This document shows, piece after piece, positions 8,391 through 16,249 of a stretch of 34,421 nucleotides of DNA (position 1 is the first letter of the stretch; each line of letters opens with the position of its first letter). The stretch is from the IMG/VR virus record IMGVR_UViG_3300032212_000102, positions 1 to 34,421 of that record. One strand, given 5' to 3'. The notes beneath the pieces are model-generated. The model ran no database searches. It saw only the letters and a program-made list of their open reading frames with translations, and had not been told where the DNA came from. Source of the DNA: a virus. Taxonomy: Duplodnaviria; Caudoviricetes. A program made the translations under genes and the position numbers.

Positions 8391-10024
8391 TAGCTGAAAC
8401 CTTGCATTGATTGTGTAATGGTTGCGTTAGCAGCCCAAAAAGGATTAAAGCCGCTTTCTTCTGCTGCTGCCGCGCCTGCTTCTATGTATTGGGTGTAGGG
8501 TTGCAGGATTTGGTAGGGGTTATGGTTTAGCTCGCGCACCTCTGTGGCACTCAAGCACCTGTCATAAACAACAACTACGGATATGTGATTATTCCAGTGA
8601 TTCTGTTGACCTGTTGAGAACGTAACAGCGCCGATAGTAAGTGTGTCTAGTCCTGAAAAAGTTAAATTTGATGCGTTGGTAGTTGTTCCCCTTGCAGAAC
8701 CGTCATCATAGACCCCGTTAATGTATGCCGTAATGGGCTGGCCCGATTGCTGGACAGAACAGATGCTGTACGGATTTGGTGAGGTGTTGATGGTATAGGC
8801 AGAGTCGACAATGTTGTTATTTGTTCCATCGTTGTTGTTTACTCTAGCATAGCCCGACACCACCCTCCCGAGCGAGACTCGAACATTAGTCGTTGTGCTA
8901 TCCGATAATGTTGCTGCTCTTAAATGAGTGCCGCCTGTTAAAACTTCACTATAAACCTTTGTGAATATAGTAGATTCTGCACCAATATCAAGGGGAATCT
9001 TAAAGTAATCATTGCTGCCGTCAAACTTGAGCTGCCTCTCTCCATCTTTAACTTCTAGGCTGGTGGCCTCTCCTGAATACAGCCTACCAGAAACTGCATC
9101 ATATACGCTATTTATGTGCGGTAAATGAATAATTACCGCAGCCAACCCCTTGCTCAAAGGATTGCCCCAATTAACACCAGCCGGATAATTGGGCTTTCTG
9201 GTATGCCTACGCTTTAGGGGTATAAGATAACTACCTGTGGCGGCTGCTACTGGTACAGATGCCTCTATTAGCTGGGTGTAGGGTTTGTAAACAATATTAG
9301 GGTTTGCGCTTAATGCTAAACCCTCCGCTTCATTAAAAGCTCTGCCGAACAAATGAAGATAAGACATATCCCCATGAAACGAATTACCAAACGCGCCATT
9401 AAAGACTGTACCAATATTCGATTCTTTAAATGATGATGTTGGGGCTGATGTTGACGACCCTGTATTTGTACCGACCTTGACGCCGTTTACATATAAAGCG
9501 GACGCACCTGCGGCATCAACGGTATACACACAGTCGTACCATTTTGACTGAGTAAGATTGTGTGTAATATTATTTACGTTAAATGTACCGACCGCGCAAG
9601 TTAAATCGCCGTTGGTATCTAAAAATATATAAAGCCCGTTAGTGCCGTTCTGGAATCCCCACTCGAAAATGCCAAGCTGGTCGCCCGGGGTTACATCATC
9701 AGCCTTGATGCCAAATGAAACTGTAATCGGAGCGGCGGCATATGTACCAAAGACAGCATTCCACGCATCACCAAATAAATCATCGTTAATGTATTCGGCA
9801 TCAGATGAATCAGAAGATGCGAAATGTGCGCCTATCCCTTTTGTTGTAGCGACTTGCGTTACAGCATTGTTAACCCATACAGGTTTTACTTTACCCTCTG
9901 CCCTTTCTGGTCTGTCGGAAAAAGTATTACTAAACGCATGGCTACGCATTAAGGTAGAGCTATAGTCTAGCTCAGGTTTATTAGGCTTCCTTACATGCCT
10001 ACGCTTTAGGGGTATAAACTCCAT
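8390..10024 (-). CDS. Tandem LamG/concanavalin-like domain protein (putative receptor-binding or decoration protein)
   Basis: Two modules with W..VYT...ALYVNGV / AYINGV and F.G.M...FGRAF / YDRCLS..EV motifs. Confidence 0.85.
   Translation of the reverse strand: MEFIPLKRRHVRKPNKPELDYSSTLMRSHAFSNTFSDRPERAEGKVKPVWVNNAVTQVATTKGIGAHFASSDSSDAEYINDDLFGDAWNAVFGTYAAAPITVSFGIKADDVTPGDQLGIFEWGFQNGTNGLYIFLDTNGDLTCAVGTFNVNNITHNLTQSKWYDCVYTVDAAGASALYVNGVKVGTNTGSSTSAPTSSFKESNIGTVFNGAFGNSFHGDMSYLHLFGRAFNEAEGLALSANPNIVYKPYTQLIEASVPVAAATGSYLIPLKRRHTRKPNYPAGVNWGNPLSKGLAAVIIHLPHINSVYDAVSGRLYSGEATSLEVKDGERQLKFDGSNDYFKIPLDIGAESTIFTKVYSEVLTGGTHLRAATLSDSTTTNVRVSLGRVVSGYARVNNNDGTNNNIVDSAYTINTSPNPYSICSVQQSGQPITAYINGVYDDGSARGTTTNASNLTFSGLDTLTIGAVTFSTGQQNHWNNHISVVVVYDRCLSATEVRELNHNPYQILQPYTQYIEAGAAAAEESGFNPFWAANATITQSMQGFS
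8490..9285. repeat. 13-bp direct repeat TGGGTGTAGGGTT (8490..8502 and 9273..9285) at the C-terminal edge of each LamG module
   Basis: Exact match read from the sequence; encodes PYTQ. Confidence 0.85.
9203..10017. repeat. 23-bp direct repeat ATGCCTACGCTTTAGGGGTATAA (9203..9225 and 9995..10017) at the N-terminal edge of each LamG module
   Basis: Exact match read from the sequence; encodes IPLKRRH. Confidence 0.9.
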
Positions 10025-10134
10025 TAGGCACTCGTAAATTCAACGCCGCGATATTCAAGGTGGTTATTTGTACCTGTTACGTGTAAAGCTGCGCCTGTGC
10101 CTGTGCAAGTTTCTTCTGTGAAATTAGCAAACAT
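10024..10134 (-). pseudogene. 36-aa chimeric remnant ORF (MFANFTEETCTGTG...YRGVEFTSA)
   Basis: Starts 2 nt after the upstream stop and is TAATG-coupled to the LamG gene; its end resembles the end of the 170-aa neighbour. Confidence 0.5.
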
Positions 10135-10136
10135 GG

Positions 10137-10649
10137 TTATGCGCTCGTGTAGGTGATGCCTTGATAAGAGAACAAGCCCGATTGTGCCGCCGCTAACGCG
10201 CCAGTATGGTCGTGAGCAAGGAACAGGCCCCAATAATCAGGCATGATTCCACCAAATAGCTGAGCGATACTAAACGGCTGTATGTAATAAGTAAGACCTG
10301 CTGTTGCAACCGTTACTGATGCAGAGCCGCCAAATCGCAGGCTATTTAATACAGACACATGGCCTAGCGTTTCTGCGCTATCTGTACCATCTAAAACGTC
10401 AATTGCTGTAGTCCCTAAAGATGTATCAGAACCCCACACATAAACATTAATTGTTTGCCCGACTGTTGGGGCTGTTGATGCGTGACCTGTAATACCGTCT
10501 ATGTTAACCAGACAATCCATATAATTATTAGATGAGTTATCAATCTCAGTACATTCCCTGCCTGCCACAAAGGTCGCAGAACCTGCAAGGCTCGATATAT
10601 CGAATGTGATTGCTGTTGCTGCCGTGGTGGTTTGTTTTGTTTCAGCCAT
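10137..10649 (-). CDS. Putative virion structural protein (beta-rich)
   Basis: GAGGG RBS; TAATG coupling; Thr/Ala/Gly-rich. Confidence 0.75.
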   Translation of the reverse strand: MAETKQTTTAATAITFDISSLAGSATFVAGRECTEIDNSSNNYMDCLVNIDGITGHASTAPTVGQTINVYVWGSDTSLGTTAIDVLDGTDSAETLGHVSVLNSLRFGGSASVTVATAGLTYYIQPFSIAQLFGGIMPDYWGLFLAHDHTGALAAAQSGLFSYQGITYTSA

Positions 10650-11083
10650 TATACTACCCTCGCTTGTGTTACATCGCCTTCACGAACTTTAATACCTAGC
10701 TCTTGTGCGCGTGATACTGTGTCGCTACCCATTGAAGTTATTGAGTCTGCCTCTGGTTGAGTAATAAGGCCCGCTGAAACTAAAGCCGATAGACCCAAGT
10801 TAAATGGCTCGACAGTTACATCAATATCAGTAATATGCGGGTTTTCAAACAAAGAAAACACGGCCAGTACAGGCTTGCGTTTGGCCGCACTAGCATCTGC
10901 CTTGGCTTCGATGAAGTCTCCGAGCTTCCCAATACCGCCTAAGTATTTAAGCAGGTCGGATACTTGTACTCGTTTGTTGACGACACGATTGACGGTATTA
11001 AGTGAAGCCGCTGCTTCTGCGTCTGTCATGCCAGCGTAGTTCAACGCTAGCGGGTCGGTCTGTAACTCGTTTTTTAAGCTCAT
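10649..11083 (-). CDS. Hypothetical phage protein
   Basis: GAGG RBS; ELQTDPLALNY...SRAQELG. Confidence 0.75.
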   Translation of the reverse strand: MSLKNELQTDPLALNYAGMTDAEAAASLNTVNRVVNKRVQVSDLLKYLGGIGKLGDFIEAKADASAAKRKPVLAVFSLFENPHITDIDVTVEPFNLGLSALVSAGLITQPEADSITSMGSDTVSRAQELGIKVREGDVTQARVV

Positions 11084-11089
11084 TTAAGG

Positions 11090-11323
11090 CTACCTCAGCT
11101 TATCGTAAATTGGCGTTATTGAGACTATATCACCCTTTTTATCGCGGGTAATGTCGAATCTAATTGGTTTAATCATAAGCATTTTTGCCACTTCGCCCAT
11201 GACTGCCTCATTATGGTTGACGGCCTCGCGCATAGAGGCGATAGCCTGCTCAGCCATACGGGTTGAGTCGTTTTTAGGTTTCTTGGTTAGCGTTTTGAAT
11301 TGTGCTGTGGAAAGCTCTCTCAT
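11090..11323 (-). CDS. Small basic hypothetical protein
   Basis: ATGA overlap with the 721-aa gene; GAGGGG RBS; C-terminal ITRDKKGDIVSI. Confidence 0.7.
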   Translation of the reverse strand: MRELSTAQFKTLTKKPKNDSTRMAEQAIASMREAVNHNEAVMGEVAKMLMIKPIRFDITRDKKGDIVSITPIYDKLR

Positions 11324-13485
11324 AGCAAGCCCCCCTCAAAGTGGTCAATCAGGTCGCTTAGCTCTGTGAAATACTGCTCTGGTTTCTTCCCCTCAAGCAA
11401 GACAAAGGCATCCGGGCCGTCATCATAAAAGAATGATGCAACCTTTTTGCCTTTTTTATTTACTACCTGGTGAGTTTCGTCAGGCGTTTTAGCCTTAATA
11501 AAGTCGAACCTGGAGCCTTTTATCTTACCGGCTCCGGCCCATTTCTTGGCGTCTAGTAATCTCTCACTGGAAACACCACCGGGATTGGCAGCCGCTTCTT
11601 GCTCAGCTCCTCCTCCCGCTCCTTTCTTGCTTTGGCCGCCGTTTCGGGCGAGAACACTACCGCCTTGCCCTTGGCCGATTTCTTTGATGGTTTTCGCTTG
11701 CTCATTAATAACCTCCTTATCATGGAACCTAGTATATAGGGAATCATCGAGAATTTCCAGTTTCCCGCCCTTGCCTGACATTGCAATATGCACTGGTATA
11801 TCGGCATTGTTGTCGAACAGCAAGGCCTCATCGACTAACTTTGCATAATCCTCGAAGGCACCCGAAAATCCCTTGTGTGCGGCCAGCATATCGCCACCTG
11901 GCACAAATCTGTAGCTAGCAAGGCCTCTTGTAACCGCTCTTTTAACGGCTTCCTCGGGGTCCACAGTGACGCCTATCAGCCGTACCTCATAGCCCGCGCT
12001 TTTAAGCTCCTGGATTTTTGTAATACCCTTGGTTTTGTCTCCGAGCGTTACGTCCAGGAGAATATCCGTTTTCTTCGTAATAGCCTCGGCCTGCAATTTC
12101 TTAGCTAAATCACTAGACTCCTCATGAGTTATCTCAGCCGCACGTCCATCGCCAGCCTCGATAATCTGCTTGTACTCAGGGATGGCCTCTTTTATGTCAT
12201 CGGGATTAATCTCCACCACCCCTTTATCTGGAATGTGGCCCTCCTGGCGTAGCATCTTGACAATAGTGCCCTTACCGGATGCGCCACCGCCACCCATGAC
12301 ATAGGCCACCGGATTGCGGTCCGTCACGGTTACGCCTTGGGCAAGCCTTTCATTAACTATATTTTCCCGTATAGCCAGGCGCTCAGGGCTTTTATCACCG
12401 ACCCTGGATTGTAGCAATGGGTCGCCTTCCTGTAATCGCTTCGGTGCGTCCGGCATACCAAAATTAACGGCATTTTCATCTATTGCCTCGTCACCTTGCA
12501 TGATGCGCTTAGCTCTGCCCAGGTCAGTTTCCCGCTGTAGTTTTACGGCTGAGTCTCTGAACTGGTATTGAGTCGGCAATCCTGGCACCTCTGGACCTGT
12601 TGGGAGACCTGTTCCACGTGGAACATCAGGCGCGTCAAGTAAAGCGCCGTCACTTGGCGCTGGTCCGGTTTGCCCTTTCAGGTCATCAGGTGTCACCGGG
12701 CGGCCAATTTCTGTGGTTTTAGGCGTATTAAACCGCTTAAATCTCTGCAATGCCTTCATTGTCATGGCTGCTGAGTGAAAGGCGAGCGCCAGAGTGCTGG
12801 TAATTCCCGTATTTTCTATGATGTTTTTCAGTCTGCCCTCTGAGTCGGTCTCGTTTTGATTGTCGGCAAGCCAATCTATAAACAGGTTATCAACACCCAT
12901 TTCCTTAACAAGCGATGATAATCGCTCCATATGAGGGTCGATGGCTGTGCCTGACGTGATGATTTCTGCGAGTACCGCATTAAAGGTCGTACTGGTTTTG
13001 ACGCCGGATGCAACTGATACCGCCTTTGCGCCTTTCATATACAGGCCAAATGGCGCTATAAACTTGGTCATTTCCTGAGTAATTTTATCCACATTATCTC
13101 GGGGCTGCATTTCCTGGACCATCGCGTTATACCAATCAGGCATTTCGCGCTCCATCCACTCATTAGCCTGGTCGATGTTTTCTTTACCCACGGCAAGCTC
13201 AAGCGTGTTCTCAATGGCACCGGCAAGGCCACCGGCTACGTTTTGAGTGCCGCGCACCGCTGTTTCTGCAATGGCTTTTACTGCGCCATGCATTTCTTCC
13301 CTGGGGTCAGGCTTTTCCTCTGATATTGGTTTTTCAGCAGGTTTTATTTCATCAAGCTCAGTCTGTACCGCTGTTTGACGGTCAATCTCACGCGCTTTAT
13401 CCAGGGATTCTCTCTCCTGGGCAGCCTCAAGCCCGCCCTCAGAGTAGCGTGGATTTGATGCATAGGCCTCATAAGCGTTATTCAT
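11320..13485 (-). CDS. Internal virion protein fused to a zeta-toxin-like P-loop kinase domain
   Basis: Position in the ejection-protein block; Walker A GGGGASGKGT (~aa 398-407), INPDDIK, THEES, LLDVTL, R....RFVP, LFDNN. Confidence 0.85.
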   Translation of the reverse strand: MNNAYEAYASNPRYSEGGLEAAQERESLDKAREIDRQTAVQTELDEIKPAEKPISEEKPDPREEMHGAVKAIAETAVRGTQNVAGGLAGAIENTLELAVGKENIDQANEWMEREMPDWYNAMVQEMQPRDNVDKITQEMTKFIAPFGLYMKGAKAVSVASGVKTSTTFNAVLAEIITSGTAIDPHMERLSSLVKEMGVDNLFIDWLADNQNETDSEGRLKNIIENTGITSTLALAFHSAAMTMKALQRFKRFNTPKTTEIGRPVTPDDLKGQTGPAPSDGALLDAPDVPRGTGLPTGPEVPGLPTQYQFRDSAVKLQRETDLGRAKRIMQGDEAIDENAVNFGMPDAPKRLQEGDPLLQSRVGDKSPERLAIRENIVNERLAQGVTVTDRNPVAYVMGGGGASGKGTIVKMLRQEGHIPDKGVVEINPDDIKEAIPEYKQIIEAGDGRAAEITHEESSDLAKKLQAEAITKKTDILLDVTLGDKTKGITKIQELKSAGYEVRLIGVTVDPEEAVKRAVTRGLASYRFVPGGDMLAAHKGFSGAFEDYAKLVDEALLFDNNADIPVHIAMSGKGGKLEILDDSLYTRFHDKEVINEQAKTIKEIGQGQGGSVLARNGGQSKKGAGGGAEQEAAANPGGVSSERLLDAKKWAGAGKIKGSRFDFIKAKTPDETHQVVNKKGKKVASFFYDDGPDAFVLLEGKKPEQYFTELSDLIDHFEGGLL

Positions 13486-15055
13486 TTTCGAGCCTTTCTA
13501 TTTTGCGCTGGCGTAAATTAAACTGCCTTATATAGTCTTTCGTTTCCTCTGAGCCTAAATCGGCGTTCTCAATCTCCTCGATACTGGTATAAATAACCGT
13601 TTTACCGTCAGAGTCCTTGAACTCAAACTGCTTCTCTTTGGCTTTGTTGAGCTTCTTGGTGCTTACTTCGCCCTTAATCTCTTTAACCAGGTTATCGGCA
13701 ATCTCTGGAGCCTTAACCCTGCGCTCCTCAAGGGGTAGCATGTTGACCTCGTTAAAGTACCTGGTTAATGCCAGGTCGGCTCTGCGAGCATCATCCTGAG
13801 TAACCCTGATACCCTGGACGCCTTTGACAATTCCCAGCGAGGCATTGATGCGGCGCGCTCCTTCGCGGCCCTCCATTGTGCTTCTCCAGTTACTCTTATC
13901 CTCGGTGAGCTTGCGATGCTCATCCAGGATTTGGATTCTGTCGCTCATTTTGAGCCGTTTGTCGGTCATAATTTCTGACTCAGTGAAGCTCAGCAAATCA
14001 GCCTTATAGCCCACCATTGCAACACCATCAGAAAAGGCAGGGCCTTCTGCTTGCGCTGAAATGTAAGTGCGGCCAATCTGAGGGTCGAGCTGGTCATTTC
14101 TTACCATATCCTGGATTCTATCATCGGTTAAATTGCCCGATAACAATAAATCAGTAGCTGTTCGTTCGCCCTGCACCCACCTGGCCGTACGCTCTGCCGC
14201 ATCACGGGCCAGCTCAGCATCCTCGATGGCGTGTGAGTCCTTCATCATCTTGACCATTTCCAGCTCCATCTTTTTACGATATTCCGGGTCACGGTCTCCG
14301 AACTGCTTTTGTTTCTTAAAGTTGTTGATGTATTGAACGGCCTTACCTTCCTGGATGGCTTTCGCCATGCCGCCATAGACGCCAGCATCCTCAATATCGC
14401 GGGTAATGTCCCGGCGCAAAGTCTCGGCTGCTTTAGGGTCCAGCATACCGGCCAGCTCACGGCTATTGGTCAGCGTTATAGCTTTATCGTATGAATTGGC
14501 GGCTATTTCAATTTCACCCTCCTTGGCCGCGTTCATCGACTCGGTTTTGTACAGGTCAACGGCTGTTGATATGGAGGCATCATGCTGCTCGCGCTGGAAA
14601 GTGCGAAGCTCCGAGCTAATCTTAGCGCCTGCTTTTACAATCGCTTGGGCTAGCTCATCCTGAACCAGTGGTTTAATCCTGTCAGGCACCCCTTCCAATA
14701 AGCCCTCGCTATAGGCCTTAGCCTTGGTTTCGTAGGCCACCGGGTCGCGGGCGCTCTCTGACTCAATGCGGCTCAGGTTCTCGAACATATCCAGCTTGAT
14801 AGCAGATACATGCGAGGCTGTAGCGCCTTCATTCCAGGCTCTATCGGCAATGGTATCGCCGTCACGTAATGTGATGACAGTCTTGCCCTGGCCGTCAATC
14901 AGGCCTTTTTCTTTGGCTTTTCTCGCCACTTCCTGGTCGAGCCGGTTTTCCTCTTGCTGCTGAAAGGCAGACAGGCGCTGGGTCAGGCTCTGGAATAGCT
15001 GGGGCGCATTGCTGCGAACCGACTGCTGATTAGTTAGTCTGCTCTGATACCTCAT
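13478..15055 (-). CDS. Internal virion protein (T7 gp15-analogous)
   Basis: 525 aa, helical; position after the gp14-like gene; overlapping start/stop. Confidence 0.65.
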   Translation of the reverse strand: MRYQSRLTNQQSVRSNAPQLFQSLTQRLSAFQQQEENRLDQEVARKAKEKGLIDGQGKTVITLRDGDTIADRAWNEGATASHVSAIKLDMFENLSRIESESARDPVAYETKAKAYSEGLLEGVPDRIKPLVQDELAQAIVKAGAKISSELRTFQREQHDASISTAVDLYKTESMNAAKEGEIEIAANSYDKAITLTNSRELAGMLDPKAAETLRRDITRDIEDAGVYGGMAKAIQEGKAVQYINNFKKQKQFGDRDPEYRKKMELEMVKMMKDSHAIEDAELARDAAERTARWVQGERTATDLLLSGNLTDDRIQDMVRNDQLDPQIGRTYISAQAEGPAFSDGVAMVGYKADLLSFTESEIMTDKRLKMSDRIQILDEHRKLTEDKSNWRSTMEGREGARRINASLGIVKGVQGIRVTQDDARRADLALTRYFNEVNMLPLEERRVKAPEIADNLVKEIKGEVSTKKLNKAKEKQFEFKDSDGKTVIYTSIEEIENADLGSEETKDYIRQFNLRQRKIERLENE

Positions 15056-15663
15056 ACAGTGCCCCGTGCGGTCGTTCTGCTTACAAATCGTGCTGCTTCA
15101 CCGCCTGCGCTCAACAAACTGAACTTGGTCGCATTAGAGGCGTTCTGTTTTAGCTGGTCTATACGGTTGGCCGTATTAAGGGCATCGGTCGACTGGTCCA
15201 GCTCGAAGCGTTCAATATCCTCAAACTGGATGGCCGCCGCACTAGAGCCTTTCTCGAACGTGAAGCCAGATGCACCCGTCCTTACATTTTGTAAAGCTAA
15301 AGCTCTTACCAGGTTACGCTTGCGCTCAATCTGGCGATTTCGGGCATTAAATTGCTCATCTTTGGCCTGCGTCTCCAGGTTTGCTGATTCTGCCTCACCC
15401 TGGAAAAGACGTGATGCAATGCTGGCACCTGCGGCAACATTAGATAAAAGACTGCCGCCGCCGAATAACCCTCCGGCCGTTGCTGCTGCCGTTGCTGCCG
15501 TTGCTGCGCCGACTGTCGTAACAAGGCCTGTGGCCGCTGCTGTAACCGGTAAAGCCGCTGCCGCCGATGTGCCAATAATGGAACCAAAGCCTGCGACCGC
15601 TGGAGCCGCCGCAAATCCCATTTCAATAACAAGGGCTTTTTTAAGATATTTAACCGGATTCAT
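15052..15663 (-). CDS. Internal virion protein (T7 gp14-analogous)
   Basis: Ala/Gly-rich hydrophobic N-terminus, then coiled coil and GASG motif; GAGGA RBS. Confidence 0.75.
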   Translation of the reverse strand: MNPVKYLKKALVIEMGFAAAPAVAGFGSIIGTSAAAALPVTAAATGLVTTVGAATAATAAATAGGLFGGGSLLSNVAAGASIASRLFQGEAESANLETQAKDEQFNARNRQIERKRNLVRALALQNVRTGASGFTFEKGSSAAAIQFEDIERFELDQSTDALNTANRIDQLKQNASNATKFSLLSAGGEAARFVSRTTARGTV

Positions 15664-15676
15664 TGCATATTCCTCG

Positions 15677-15715
15677 TGCTATAATCGGCGCACGGGTGCT
15701 TGAACACCCGGCACC
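15677..15715 (+). promoter_or_regulatory. Extended -10 promoter TGCTATAAT plus leader hairpin for the HNH gene
   Basis: Perfect TGnTATAAT at 15677..15685; CGGGTG-cttgaa-CACCCG stem at 15693..15710; AGGAG RBS follows. Confidence 0.65.
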
Positions 15716-15742
15716 TGACAATGACTTAATAGGAGTAAGCCA

Positions 15743-16249
15743 ATGGCTAAAGATATTATAACCCAAAAGCGTCTTAAGGAATTGCTTAGCTATAACACAG
15801 AAACGGGGCTGTTTACTTGGCTTGTTTCGACCGGAAAAGCCAGAGCAGGGAGTGTCGCCGGAACTACGTCCACCAATGGCTATGTTTATATAACCGCTAA
15901 CGGGACCAGGAGAGGCGCACATAGATTTGCCTGGATGTATGTTTACGGAAAATTTCCTAAAAATGATATTGACCATATTAACCATAATCCCGCTGATAAC
16001 AGGATTTCTAATTTGCGAGAAGTCACTAGAGCTGAAAACATGAGAAACGCATCTTTGAGCAAGGCCAATACTAGCGGCGTAACTGGCGTTGGTTTGTTCA
16101 GGCGAGACAATAAACATCATTCTCAAATAATGATTAATGGCGAGACCATTCATTTGGGCTACTTTGATAACTTCAAAGACGCCGTTGACGCAAGAAAAAA
16201 AGCCGAGATTAAATATAATTTTCATAATAATCATGGTCTTAGGCGCTGA
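15743..16249 (+). CDS. HNH homing endonuclease with AP2-like C-terminus, antisense to the structural operon
   Basis: AHRFAWMY, IDHINHNPADNRISNLR, NTSGVTGV, HLGYF. Confidence 0.92.
   Translation: MAKDIITQKRLKELLSYNTETGLFTWLVSTGKARAGSVAGTTSTNGYVYITANGTRRGAHRFAWMYVYGKFPKNDIDHINHNPADNRISNLREVTRAENMRNASLSKANTSGVTGVGLFRRDNKHHSQIMINGETIHLGYFDNFKDAVDARKKAEIKYNFHNNHGLRR

Noticed and set aside
2250-10024. Diversity-generating retroelement or invertase shufflon, given the BPP-1-like virion genes
   Set aside because: No reverse transcriptase, TR/VR pair or recombinase seen, and the repeats are direct rather than inverted.
15059-15703. 214-aa + strand ORF and similar antisense ORFs across the late arm
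   Set aside because: Shadows of well-supported - strand genes, with no RBS or family motifs.
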